Shown: one piece after another, positions 35,259 to 45,614 of the stretch
Layout: every line of letters starts with the position of its first letter
Numbering within the stretch: position 1 is the first letter of the stretch
Source: Cyanophyceae cyanobacterium
GTDB lineage: Bacteria; Cyanobacteriota; Cyanobacteriia; Cyanobacteriales; Laspinemataceae
Direction: 5' to 3'
Assembly (NCBI GenBank): GCA_038321985.1
Contig: JBBQFN010000006.1
Location: 1 to 64,000 of the forward strand
Length of the DNA stretch: 64,000 nucleotides
Position numbers and translations under genes: made by a program
The notes under the pieces: generated by a model
Database searches by the model: none
Told to the model about the DNA's origin: nothing
Seen by the model: the letters and a program-made list of their open reading frames with translations, nothing else

Positions 35259-35368
35259 AAATTCATTACTTTATTAGTATCTCAGATTACTCAGGATTTT
35301 GTCAAGGCGATCGCCCAAAAATTTTTTGAGCGACGCAAACAGCCTGGAAACCACCAGCCGCCGTCACT

Positions 35369-35971
35369 TTAGCCCAGTTCTTCATCCCGAGAAACTTCGA
35401 TCGCCCGAGGTGGTTTTAAACCCGAGGCTGGTAACCCGCGATCGCCCGAGGCTAAGACAGCGGAGTGGGTTGGACTCGATTCCGGAGCGGTGATCTGATT
35501 TAGGCCCCGCATTAACGTCGCCATTTCGATCGCATTCATCCCATAGTCCCAACCCTTGTTGCTCTTAATCCCAGCCCGTTCCAGAGCTTGTTGCATGGTA
35601 TCAGCAGTGAGCAAGCCAAAAATTACTGGCACCCCCGTCTGATATCCAGCCGCTGCAATCCCTTTCGAGACTTCCGAGGCCACATAATCAAAATGAGGCG
35701 TCTGACCTCGAATCACCGCACCCAGGCAAATTACGGCATCATAGCGCCGAGAAACGGCCAGTTGACGAGCCACAATGGGTATCTCAAAACTTCCAGGGAT
35801 CCAAACATAATCTACCTGAGTACCCTCGGGATTTACATCCACACCGTGGCGCTTCAGAGCATCTTGACATCCCTCTAACAGTTTGCCCACAATCAAATCG
35901 TTGAAGCGACTGATCACGATCGCAAAGCGCAAGCCTTCAGTCTGGGTAAACGTTCCCTCAAAAACGGCCAT
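35369..35971 (-). CDS. ribH: 6,7-dimethyl-8-ribityllumazine synthase
   Basis: [30 protein letters not shown]. Confidence 0.97.
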   Translation of the reverse strand: MAVFEGTFTQTEGLRFAIVISRFNDLIVGKLLEGCQDALKRHGVDVNPEGTQVDYVWIPGSFEIPIVARQLAVSRRYDAVICLGAVIRGQTPHFDYVASEVSKGIAAAGYQTGVPVIFGLLTADTMQQALERAGIKSNKGWDYGMNAIEMATLMRGLNQITAPESSPTHSAVLASGDRGLPASGLKPPRAIEVSRDEELG

Positions 35972-36128
35972 ATCAGTTTTAGATCTAATTGATTATCGAT
36001 AATTTTGTCGGGGTAAGCGCTGGTGCTCCCCTGGTGAAAACAGTGATCGGGGATCGAAAGGGCAAAAGACCATCAGGACAAAGCGGATCGCCCATTGAAC
36101 CTTTCGATCGCTGACCACAACTGAGGGC

Positions 36129-36317
36129 TTATACCACCAAAAAGTTTAAAACTCCCACCAGAATCACTAGAGCAAACCAAACTCCGGAACCAATGTACAG
36201 CAGGGGTTTAGATTGCGCCCAGTTTTGGGGAGAGGCATAAGCGACAGGGACGCCGACGACCATCACAAAAGACAAGAAAACCAGAGCGGCAAGAGCCAGT
36301 TGAAAAATAATTGTCAT
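36129..36317 (-). CDS. psbZ: Photosystem II protein PsbZ
   Basis: 62 aa, [24 protein letters not shown]. Confidence 0.97.
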   Translation of the reverse strand: MTIIFQLALAALVFLSFVMVVGVPVAYASPQNWAQSKPLLYIGSGVWFALVILVGVLNFLVV

Positions 36318-36512
36318 TTTTTTTTCTTCCTTTGACAGCAGTGGCCTAGATAATTAGGGTTCAAACTAGAGCAGACTAAAGTTAATTAGTTGCGCTGATT
36401 CTTACGCTACCAAAAAATGACCCGCTCTCATAGAGGTAAAAGCGGCTTTCTTGCTGCAAGGACCTTTGCTTCATTCCCTAATCTCTCCCATCCCCACCCC
36501 ATAAATAGAAAA

Positions 36513-39365
36513 ATGGACATTATTTTGTGTCATACCACGGCAGATTTCGATACGTTGGGGGCCGCTGTGGGACTGACACGGTTGTTACCTGGAAGTCGAA
36601 TTGTACTGACTGGAGGCTGCCATCCAGGAGTCCGGCAATTTTTGGCTTTACATCGAGATGAGTACCCGATGATCGAACGGCGCGCGGTAAGTCCTGATCG
36701 GATTCGTTCGGTTACAGTGGTCGATACCCAACAGCGCGATCGCCTGGGTAAGTCAGCGGAATGGTTAGATTTGCCGGTGCCGATTTCGGTTTGGGATCAT
36801 CACCCCAATGCTCACAACGATATCGGTGGCACAGATACTCATGTTGAAGCCCTGGGAGCCACAACCACGGCGATCGTAGAACAGCTACGGCTAAGTTTGG
36901 ACCCTCAGCCGTCAGAGTCACCACCGCAGACACCCCCCCAGAGTTCGGACTCCCCGATTTTGACTGTAGCTGAAGCTACGGTAATGGCCCTGGGTATTCA
37001 TGTCGATACGGGTTCCCTAACCTTTGACCATACGACCCCACGAGATGCGATCGCCTTGGCTTGGTTAATGGAGCAAGGCGCTTCCTTATCGGTGATTGCT
37101 GAATATATCGAACCGGGATTATCTCCGAGGCTGCAAGACTTACTCACCACAGCATTAGACACCCTACAAACCGAAACCATCCAGGGACATCCCGTTTCCA
37201 CGGTGCTGCTGGAGACAAACGACTACATTGCTGGGTTATCCAGTGTCGCGGCTCAAATTATGGAGATTACAGACACCGAGGCCCTGCTGTTAGGAAATCG
37301 CTATCCCATTAAAGGATCCGAGGAACAGCGACTGATTGTAATTGGGCGATCGCGCATTGGGGGGACCAATCTTCAAACCTTATTCACCCCGTGGGGTGGC
37401 GGTGGACATCCCCGTGCCAGTTCCGTCAGTTTGCGTTTGAGCGATCCCAGGGCTACCTTTTATCAAGTCCTAGAAGAATTCACACAACAGATTCCTCATC
37501 AACCTGTTGCGCGAGAATTAATGTCCTCTCCGGTGCGGACTATTCGGCCCGAAACCACCATTGATGAAGCCCGCCGGATTCTGTTGCGCTACGGTCATTC
37601 GGGCTTAGCGGTGGTTAATGAAGGGGGAACTCTGGTCGGGGTGATCTGCCGTCGTGACCTCGATATTGCCCTACATCATGGATTAGGTCATGCCCCAGTG
37701 AAAGGCTACATGAGCAGCAACGTCAGAACGATCGCCCCGGATGCTCCCTTACCGGAGATTGAGGACTTAATGGTTACCTATGATATCGGACGATTGCCCG
37801 TGTTATTCCAGGGAGAATTACAGGGGATTGTCACCCGCACCGATGTGTTGAGACAACTGCATCAGGATAGTGCGATCGGCTCCCAGAGCAATTTGAGTGG
37901 AAATCCGCTGTATTGTCCGTTACCTCGGGAAATGGTTTCTCTCCTGGGCGATCGCCTGGCACCGCAACAGATGGCCCTCCTCGACTGCGCCGCCCAACTT
38001 GCCGAACAACGGGGTTGGCACCTTTATCTGGTGGGTGGAGCCGTCCGGGACTTACTCTGGGCAACCTACCGGGCTGAAAGCAACCCAGGGGTTAGATCTC
38101 CAGAGGAGACATCCAGACTTGAAGAAGGCGATCGCCCACCCGTCCTCCTTACGGACATTGATCTGGTCGTGGATGGGTCCGCCCAGGGTGCCGATGACGC
38201 GGCAGGTGTAGAACTCGCTGAAAACCTCCAAAGACTTTATCCCAATGCTCGTTTAGACATTCACGGTCAATTTCAAACCGCTGCACTGTTGTGGCATAAA
38301 GATCCAGATTTAGATTCCCTGTGGGTCGATATTGCCACGGCACGAACCGAATTTTATCCCTATCCTGCCGCTAACCCAGAAGTGGAAGCCTCCTCAATTC
38401 GCCAAGACCTCTACCGCCGAGATTTTACCCTGAATGCCCTAGCCGTGAGACTCACCGGGCCCAATCGGCGCGGTGAAATTTTGGATTTCTTTGGGGGATG
38501 GTTGGATTTGCAGGCGGGCCGGATTCGGGTGTTACACGCCAATAGTTTTATTGAGGACCCGACGCGGATTTATCGGGCGGTTCGGTTTGCCGTGCGTTTG
38601 GGATTTGAGATTGAACCCCAGACCCAAGGATATATTCGGCTGGCAATGGAGAGTGGGGTTTACCTGCGATCGCCTTTTGCAACTCGTCGCGTTCCCGCCT
38701 TGGAAACCCGTCTGAAAACCGAACTTAAATATATTTTACAAGCACCCTACTGGCAACGGGCATTGCAATTACTCGATTCCTTTGATGCCCTGCGCTGCAT
38801 CCATCCCACCTTAAAATTAGACCAGGATTTATGGCGACAACTCAGACGGGTCGATCGCTGGATTCGGCAGATTCAAAGGACCGTGAATATAGCAGAATCC
38901 CCTCTAAAAACTCTCCCAGAATCCTGGCAGATTCGTTTAGAACTGCTGATTGCTCATTTGGAGCCGGAATTTCGGGGGGAAGTTGCCAGAAATCTGCAAA
39001 TGAGTAGTGATAGTATTGAGCGCTTAGAAGAATTAGAGAGCACCTCAGCCGTAGTGACTTCCCTAAGCCAGACAGAACGGCCCAGTCAGGTAGTCCGATT
39101 GTTAAGAGGTTATAACGTTCCCATGTTGATGGCGATCTCTCTCATCAGTCCGAAAGCTGTAAGGCGGCGAATTTGGGAGTATATTCAGCACTGGATAGAT
39201 GCCAAACCCCTACTCAACGGCAACGACCTCAAAACCCTCGGTTACAAACCCGGTTCTCACTTTAAGGCCATTTTAGGCCGACTGCTAGCCGCCACCCTAG
39301 ATGGCGAAATCCACAGCCGCTCTGATGCTGAGGCTTTTTTAGCCCAACATTTTCCCCGGGGGTAA
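36513..39365 (+). CDS. DHH-CBS-poly(A) polymerase family tRNA nucleotidyltransferase (likely A-adding enzyme)
   Basis: CHTTADFD, DHH, GGGGH, CBS pair, VGGAVRD, DIDLVVD, RRDFT, EDPTR; ATG 36513 preferred. Confidence 0.9.
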   Translation: MDIILCHTTADFDTLGAAVGLTRLLPGSRIVLTGGCHPGVRQFLALHRDEYPMIERRAVSPDRIRSVTVVDTQQRDRLGKSAEWLDLPVPISVWDHHPNAHNDIGGTDTHVEALGATTTAIVEQLRLSLDPQPSESPPQTPPQSSDSPILTVAEATVMALGIHVDTGSLTFDHTTPRDAIALAWLMEQGASLSVIAEYIEPGLSPRLQDLLTTALDTLQTETIQGHPVSTVLLETNDYIAGLSSVAAQIMEITDTEALLLGNRYPIKGSEEQRLIVIGRSRIGGTNLQTLFTPWGGGGHPRASSVSLRLSDPRATFYQVLEEFTQQIPHQPVARELMSSPVRTIRPETTIDEARRILLRYGHSGLAVVNEGGTLVGVICRRDLDIALHHGLGHAPVKGYMSSNVRTIAPDAPLPEIEDLMVTYDIGRLPVLFQGELQGIVTRTDVLRQLHQDSAIGSQSNLSGNPLYCPLPREMVSLLGDRLAPQQMALLDCAAQLAEQRGWHLYLVGGAVRDLLWATYRAESNPGVRSPEETSRLEEGDRPPVLLTDIDLVVDGSAQGADDAAGVELAENLQRLYPNARLDIHGQFQTAALLWHKDPDLDSLWVDIATARTEFYPYPAANPEVEASSIRQDLYRRDFTLNALAVRLTGPNRRGEILDFFGGWLDLQAGRIRVLHANSFIEDPTRIYRAVRFAVRLGFEIEPQTQGYIRLAMESGVYLRSPFATRRVPALETRLKTELKYILQAPYWQRALQLLDSFDALRCIHPTLKLDQDLWRQLRRVDRWIRQIQRTVNIAESPLKTLPESWQIRLELLIAHLEPEFRGEVARNLQMSSDSIERLEELESTSAVVTSLSQTERPSQVVRLLRGYNVPMLMAISLISPKAVRRRIWEYIQHWIDAKPLLNGNDLKTLGYKPGSHFKAILGRLLAATLDGEIHSRSDAEAFLAQHFPRG

Positions 39366-39401
39366 CTGCACTGCCGCCAACCTTGACGGTGAACCCTAAA
39401 G

Positions 39402-39429
39402 GTAGGGGCGATTCATAAATCTGCTCTAC
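39402..39429. repeat. GTAG-type REP-like palindrome
   Basis: GTAGGGGCGATTCATAAATCTGCTCTAC imperfect hairpin in an intergenic position. Confidence 0.55.
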
Positions 39430-39539
39430 AACAGGCACAGCTTAACCCAAGAGATTTTCAATTCACACAATCAAAAGGGTTCGGTTTTGGGAAGATCTAG
39501 ATACAGCTTTCCTTGCTAACCTTCTACCACCAAATCACT

Positions 39540-40889
39540 ATGGATGCTAACGAACTGCTGAAGCGGTATGCAGCAGGAGAAAGGGATTTTCGGGGTGCCA
39601 ACCTAGTCCGTGCTGACTTGATGTTTGCTGAACTCAGTCTGGCGGATTTATACGATGCCGACCTAAGTTGTGCTGACTTGTTTGAAGCCAAACTCAGTGG
39701 CATCAAACTCAGTGGAGCCAATTTAGAAAATGCTCACCTCAGCCGTGCAGATTTAAGTAACGGTAAGCTTTTTGGGGCTCGATTAAGTTATGCTGACCTC
39801 AGCCGTGCCGATTTGTTTCGGGCCGATTTATTTCGGGCCGAACTCAGCGATGCCGACCTACACCGGGCCAATCTCACCCGTGCCGACCTCAGTGGAGCCA
39901 ACCTGACTCGTGCTAATTTGAATGAAGCGAACCTTAGTCAAGCCAACTTAAGCGATAGTAATCTTTCTTTTGCCAGCCTCAATAATGCCAAGCTGAATGG
40001 CGCTAAACTGAATGGGGCAAATCTGAGTGAAGCTCGACTCTTTGATAGTGACCTCACCGGGGCTAAATTAGAAAAAGCAGACCTTAGAAATGCCGAACTA
40101 TTCACGGCCAAATTAATCGAAGCAAATTTACTAGAAGCCGACTTACGCAACACAAAATTTAGTGAAGCCAATTTAAGCAAAGCCAAGCTAGATGGGACCA
40201 ACCTCTCTGGAAGTAATCTGAGTCGTACAAACTTGAGTGAAGCGAGTTTGATGCAAGCAAACTTGACTGAAGCAAACTTAAGTGAAGCCACATTGCGGAA
40301 GGCGAACCTCAGCGGGGTCAAATTGTGCGATGCTAATCTGAGTCGTGCAAATCTCAGTGAAGCGAATTTAGTAGGAGCGGATCTCTCAAGTCCCAAGAAA
40401 GATGCGATCGCCGAGCGGTCTGTCTCCCTCAAACACAAAAAATCCGTCATGCTTGGCCGTGATCCCAGCGTCTCCTTACAGCTTTATTCCCCCTTCGTTT
40501 CCCGTCGTCATGCCTCCATTGACATCGAAGAAAGCGGACAATATATTATCCGCGACCATAACAGCACCAATGGCGTCTTCGTCAATGACCAGCAGATCGA
40601 TGAATCAATGGTCTTACCTGATGGGGCTAGAATTCGGATCGGACCCTTCCTATTAATCCTGGACGGGGATGAGCTTGAATTACAGGATGAGCAGAATCGG
40701 CAACCGACTTCCCTGAGTGAGGCTGATTTAAGTCAGGCAGACTTGCGAAATGCCAACCTCAGTGGAGCCAACTTCTATCGTGCTAATCTCAAAGGTGCCA
40801 ACCTGTTTGGGGCAAACCTCAGCGGCAGCAATCTTAGCCATGCCAACCTCACGGGCGCTACAATGCCAGATGGGTCAATCCATCCCTAG
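39540..40889 (+). CDS. Pentapeptide repeat protein with inserted FHA domain
   Basis: MDANELLKRYAAGERDF cap, A(D/N)L repeats, FHA motifs LGRD/VSRRH/STNG, C-terminal MPDG cap. Confidence 0.9.
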   Translation: MDANELLKRYAAGERDFRGANLVRADLMFAELSLADLYDADLSCADLFEAKLSGIKLSGANLENAHLSRADLSNGKLFGARLSYADLSRADLFRADLFRAELSDADLHRANLTRADLSGANLTRANLNEANLSQANLSDSNLSFASLNNAKLNGAKLNGANLSEARLFDSDLTGAKLEKADLRNAELFTAKLIEANLLEADLRNTKFSEANLSKAKLDGTNLSGSNLSRTNLSEASLMQANLTEANLSEATLRKANLSGVKLCDANLSRANLSEANLVGADLSSPKKDAIAERSVSLKHKKSVMLGRDPSVSLQLYSPFVSRRHASIDIEESGQYIIRDHNSTNGVFVNDQQIDESMVLPDGARIRIGPFLLILDGDELELQDEQNRQPTSLSEADLSQADLRNANLSGANFYRANLKGANLFGANLSGSNLSHANLTGATMPDGSIHP

Positions 40890-41073
40890 GGCTTCGGCAC
40901 AGAAGGCAAGAATCGTAGCAGGGGGTTCCACCTTCTGCATTCCGCCTCGATAGTCCTCACTTCCCAACGTTTGTTAAAGTATTTCATTCGGAGTCAAGGA
41001 ATACCTAGCCCGTACCTCTGTGACTCAGGGTGAATGCCCCTCGATCCCGAAACTTCTACTTCTGATTTCTAAA

Positions 41074-42165
41074 ATGCTAAGAGCCGGAATTGTCGGACTT
41101 CCCAATGTGGGAAAATCTACTTTATTTAATGCCCTAGTTGCGAATGCTAAAGCACAAGCGGCTAACTTCCCTTTCTGCACCATCGAACCCAATGTCGGGG
41201 TAGTTGCGGTGCCCGATGAGCGGTTAACGATGCTGTCAAAACTCTCCAAATCAGAGCAAATCGTGCCAACCCGCATTGAGTTTGTGGATATCGCCGGTTT
41301 AGTCAAAGGTGCCAGCAAAGGCGAGGGTCTAGGCAACCAGTTTTTATCCCATATCCGACAAGTAGATGCGATCGTTCAGGTGGTGCGTTGTTTTGACGAT
41401 GAAAATATCATTCACGTCGCCGGTTCGGTGGATCCGGTACGGGATATTGAAATCATTAACTTAGAACTAGCCCTAGCTGATTTAGCACAGATTGAACGGC
41501 GCATGGATCGCACTCGCAAATTAGCGCGCAGCAGTAAAGAGGGTCAAATTGAAATGGCCGCTTTAGAAAAATTAGCGTCAGCCTTGAATGAAGGCAAACA
41601 AGCTCGTCATGTTTCTTTAACCGACGATGAAGCTGAATCTATCCAGCAGTTGGAGTTACTGACCAGTAAACCGATTATTTATGGGGCCAACGTTTCGGAA
41701 GATGACTTAGCCACCGGCAATGAATGGGTAGAAAAAGTCCGAGAAATTGCCGCAGCAGAAAATGCCAAGGTCGTGATCATTTCGGCTCAAGTTGAGTCGG
41801 AACTGGTCGAACTTCCGGAAGAGGAACGAGGGGATTTTCTAGCCTCCCTGGGGGTCGAAGAAGGGGGGTTAAAGTCTCTGATTGCAGCCACTTATCAATT
41901 GTTAGGACTGCGTACGTTTTTAACGACGGGTCCGAAAGAAACTCGGGCTTGGACGATTCGAGAAGGGATGTTAGCCCCCCAAGCTGCGGGGGTGATTCAT
42001 ACGGACTTCGAGCGCGGTTTTATTCGCGCTGAAACCGTTGCATATGGGGATCTCGTTACCACGGGTTCCATGAATGCTGCTAAGGAAAAAGGCTTGATTC
42101 GCAGTGAAGGGAAAGAGTATGTGGTTCAAGAAGGCGATGTAATGCTATTCCGGTTTAATGTTTAA
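41074..42165 (+). CDS. ychF: Ribosome-binding ATPase YchF
   Basis: GLPNVGKST, ANFPFCTIEPN, DIAGLV, C-terminal TGS domain ending FRFNV. Confidence 0.98.
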   Translation: MLRAGIVGLPNVGKSTLFNALVANAKAQAANFPFCTIEPNVGVVAVPDERLTMLSKLSKSEQIVPTRIEFVDIAGLVKGASKGEGLGNQFLSHIRQVDAIVQVVRCFDDENIIHVAGSVDPVRDIEIINLELALADLAQIERRMDRTRKLARSSKEGQIEMAALEKLASALNEGKQARHVSLTDDEAESIQQLELLTSKPIIYGANVSEDDLATGNEWVEKVREIAAAENAKVVIISAQVESELVELPEEERGDFLASLGVEEGGLKSLIAATYQLLGLRTFLTTGPKETRAWTIREGMLAPQAAGVIHTDFERGFIRAETVAYGDLVTTGSMNAAKEKGLIRSEGKEYVVQEGDVMLFRFNV

Positions 42166-42235
42166 GAGGGTTAAATTGGGGTAGTCGGAAGATATCTCCG
42201 GTTAAGGGGTACGGTTAGGTCGTACCCCGGCGGAT

Positions 42236-42793
42236 TTAATCCATCTTAAAATAAGATTTAGCCCTTTGCTTGGCGTCATTTCCCAACCGCGTAATTAGAT
42301 ACTCGCTATAGGCGGTATTATTTAAAGGGAAGTTGGAATTTTCCAAAATAAAATCTGGAAATATCGATTTTAAATCGGAGGCCCCTTCTTTTCCTTGCCG
42401 AGGAATTTTATGATTAAAAATTTGATATCCCCGCGAATTTTTATTGAAAATTAGCGCTACAGGAAAACTCCCGCCTCGTATCTCTGTGAGTTGATTTCCT
42501 TGTAGCTCATATTCGCGACAAACTACCCACAAATATTGATGGATTTTTTGGGGTTTCGTTTCCATTCCATACACTTGATACGCGCAAAAAGTACGATTCA
42601 GTTGCGCATCTACTCCGACAATATCTTTAATAAAGTCGTGATTTTCCATGTGCTGAGCGGTAGCTTGGTCAATGTTGAAGTAACTGTGGGAGTTTAAGCC
42701 CACATCTCGACTGTTGCACCCCCCCAGCATCAACACAGCCTGGAGGAGTGGCACCCCGATAAACCATTGGAAAAATAAGGACAGTTTAGGCAT
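42236..42793 (-). CDS. Hypothetical lipoprotein
   Basis: Signal peptide with LGGC lipobox; 185 aa. Confidence 0.7.
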   Translation of the reverse strand: MPKLSLFFQWFIGVPLLQAVLMLGGCNSRDVGLNSHSYFNIDQATAQHMENHDFIKDIVGVDAQLNRTFCAYQVYGMETKPQKIHQYLWVVCREYELQGNQLTEIRGGSFPVALIFNKNSRGYQIFNHKIPRQGKEGASDLKSIFPDFILENSNFPLNNTAYSEYLITRLGNDAKQRAKSYFKMD

Positions 42794-43613
42794 TGCTATA
42801 GGATAAGGTTTATAGGTCTAGTTGTGCCTGCATCGTCTTACGGGTAGGACTTGAGCAAGCTTGTCCTTGAAGATGGGGTTAGACTGTTACTGAGTTTAGA
42901 CAAGTATTTACCCGTTTGATGTAATAGCTTATACTCTAAGAGGGTGATTTTTTACGCTACAGTCTTAAAAAATATTAAATTTTTCTTTTTTAAGGGAGAA
43001 TTACTATAAATTTCTCATAAATCCCTCAAAAAATAAGCAGGTGTGCTAGCTTGATCATGATAAAGCGACTCTAGAGGCGATCGCCAAGAATGAATCCCAC
43101 TGGGCAACCCATCAACGGGTTCGTATTCCAGGCGGCAAAGTTGAGGCAGTCGAAAGACAAATCAGTGGCGGCAGGTATTGAATTAAATTTTAGGGTTTTT
43201 CCAGACCCGAATTGAAGGGTTGAAAGCAGTCTGCCGGGAGTTTTTTTAAGCGATTCTTTCTGGACTTAAAGCCGGGGTCGGGCTAATTTAAAAAAATAAG
43301 AATAAGTTAACCACTCGCACCGGGATCATTTTAAAAGGGCAATTTTTTAAGGGGGATCGCCGAGTGCGCGAAGCGGAGTCCGAGTCTCCAGAGGAAGAGG
43401 TTCCGTTTATAGGGGGTAAAATTTAGGGCGATCGCCCTAAATTTTTCAGAATTAATTAGTATAAAGTTAGGGGGATATGCAGAAATTTTCTAAAAAGTTT
43501 CCCTAGGCTTAAACGCTTATCCTGGAGAGCAACTTCACGGAAATTTTACAAGAATCGATCGCATCCTTGACAATTCCCCCTTGCGTATATAATAATCTCC
43601 AGGGACAATAAAA

Positions 43614-43877
43614 ATGAATGGGGTGCAATGCAAAACGATATTGAATCGTTTAAAGGGTGCTAGGGCAAACTACAACGAGTCAGGGATAAATATTGCGGTT
43701 ATTACGGAGCAAAATTCAAGGGAATGCGCGGCCATTAGTAGAAAGCAAGCATTCTTTAAAATTCAGGGTGTGCCGGATCCAGAGTGGGCAGCAGTTACCT
43801 TTATGCCCCAACTCCAATTGGGAAGCCAGTCTATCCCAGGCTATACAGTGATTTATCGTTCATTACAAAAAATTTGA
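43614..43877 (+). CDS. Hypothetical 87-aa protein
   Basis: ATG ORF directly downstream of TTGACA (43567-43572) and TATAAT (43588-43593). Confidence 0.5.
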   Translation: MNGVQCKTILNRLKGARANYNESGINIAVITEQNSRECAAISRKQAFFKIQGVPDPEWAAVTFMPQLQLGSQSIPGYTVIYRSLQKI

Positions 43878-44076
43878 AGGAAGTAACCGGATGAACTGAC
43901 CCACTAGCTGAAAAGCAAGAGACGTAAATTTGATGGCAATCGTGAATTGAAACCAGCTTACCCCTTGATTTTTAATCAAGTTTAGAGTAGTTGAAAACTA
44001 TCAAGCGATCGCGCCTAGCTTTCCGGTTAACTGGGGCAGTTTACTTGCGGGTGACCCCCCTCTCAGGTGAAGGAAA

Positions 44077-44877
44077 ATGAAACCAGGAATTTTATCTACC
44101 ACAGCACTCGTGATTGCACTTGGCTTTACAGGTTCAGTGACAGCTCAACCTGATGTCAACCCAGACACGCAGACCGAGGCAATCTTAAAACGTGACCGTG
44201 ATTCGGTTAGAAAAACACCCTCAAACCAGACCCATCCCACACCCGATAACAATGCCACGGTTGCTGCGGGGATCGAGCTTAATAAACAGGCGATCGCTGC
44301 CCTCACTCAATTTCTGAATAACTCGGACTCACCTAGATCCAGCAGCGAAATCCTTCCGCTTCAGACCCTCGATGCACCCCCCGTCTCCCCGGAATTACCG
44401 CCCCTAGCTGCTGCCAGCATTTACTTACCCGAAATAGCCCCAACCATGACGGGCTATCTTTGGCCCGCGCAAGGGGTCCTCTCTTCCGGCTACGGCTGGC
44501 GCTGGGGTCGGATGCACCACGGTATTGATATAGCCGCCCCCATTGGCACCCCCATTGTCGCAGCCGGTAGCGGTGTAGTGATTACTGCGGAATGGCATAC
44601 CGGGGGGTATGGCAATCTTGTTGAAATCCAACATCCCGACGGTAGTATTACCCTCTACGGCCATAACGATCGCATTCTCGTTAACAAAGGCGATCAGGTA
44701 GAAGGGGGTCAATTAATCGCACAAATGGGTAGTACCGGCTTTAGCACCGGACCCCACTTGCACTTTGAGGTCCACCTTCCCGAAGAAGGAACGGTTAATC
44801 CCCTGGCTTATCTTCCCGAATCGGGATTATCTGCTCGATTACCTAGAGCATCGATGCCTAGAGCATCGGTCCGGTAA
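44077..44877 (+). CDS. Secreted M23 metallopeptidase (NlpD-like catalytic domain)
   Basis: Signal peptide; HHGID, YGH, STGPHLHFE. Confidence 0.93.
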   Translation: MKPGILSTTALVIALGFTGSVTAQPDVNPDTQTEAILKRDRDSVRKTPSNQTHPTPDNNATVAAGIELNKQAIAALTQFLNNSDSPRSSSEILPLQTLDAPPVSPELPPLAAASIYLPEIAPTMTGYLWPAQGVLSSGYGWRWGRMHHGIDIAAPIGTPIVAAGSGVVITAEWHTGGYGNLVEIQHPDGSITLYGHNDRILVNKGDQVEGGQLIAQMGSTGFSTGPHLHFEVHLPEEGTVNPLAYLPESGLSARLPRASMPRASVR

Positions 44878-45106
44878 TGCCAGCGTTTTCGGTCCTGTGG
44901 GCAGTCGCCCCCAATCTATTAATGCCTTAAAGTCTGGGTTTCCGGAAACTCACTCGGACTTCCTGTGGCATACTCACAATCGGGTAACTTCTCTAGAAGT
45001 TATCCGCTTTTTTTACGCAGGGTAAGCATTGCCACAGTTCAATTAGACCCAGCCGCTCTGCTTAAGTTCCCATCCCTAGCGCGATTCTAGCGATCGCCGT
45101 ACCCCC

Positions 45107-45580
45107 ATGAACCACTCTGACCCACACCACTTGCATCTTCCCCTGTGCGCTGTCCTGATCCTCTTACTTGCCAGTTGCAGCCCCACTAAAACCAGCCAGT
45201 GTCGCCGCCTAATTCGGGTCCTCGACCAAAGTAGCACCGCCCTTGATCGCTTAGAACTCACTCCAATGACGGGGAATCAAGCGGCCAGTCAAGTCGATCT
45301 CTCCATTGAAGCGCTCAAAACCTCCCCCTTAACCGACGAAACCATCATCCGCTTTCAAACCCGGGCGATTGCAATCTATGAACAAATTAGCATCGCCCTG
45401 CGAGATACGAGCGGCATTGCCACAATGGTGAGTAATCTCCAACCCACCCCGAAGGGTTTACAAACCCAGAATGCTGCCAAAGCCCAAGTCGCCGAGGCGA
45501 TCGCCTCCATCGAACAATCCACCCAAGATGCCGCCATCCTACTCGGCGAAATCGAACAATATTGTCTCCCAAAACCCTAA
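45107..45580 (+). CDS. Lipoprotein with helical Cys-bounded domain
   Basis: LASC lipobox; QCRRL...IEQYC. Confidence 0.8.
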   Translation: MNHSDPHHLHLPLCAVLILLLASCSPTKTSQCRRLIRVLDQSSTALDRLELTPMTGNQAASQVDLSIEALKTSPLTDETIIRFQTRAIAIYEQISIALRDTSGIATMVSNLQPTPKGLQTQNAAKAQVAEAIASIEQSTQDAAILLGEIEQYCLPKP

Positions 45581-45614
45581 GCCCCTCTCTCCCCTACCTC
45601 CCCATCCCCCCATC

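Noticed and set aside
39938..40450. Long antisense ORFs over pentapeptide genes (also 25080-25643, 57496-57771, 58462-59028)
   Set aside because: Shadow frames caused by repetitive codon usage.
43100..43180. Possible c-di-GMP-I riboswitch (GGCAAA, GAAA tetraloop)
   Set aside because: Motif order and the second stem do not fit, and it is far from a start codon; kept only as an unnamed structured-RNA candidate.
43217..43953. CRISPR-repeat-like ends GGGTTGAAAG (43217-43226) and ATTGAAAC (43946-43953) with a leader-like AT-rich region
   Set aside because: Single, dissimilar occurrences; no regularly spaced repeats and no cas or tns genes in the window.
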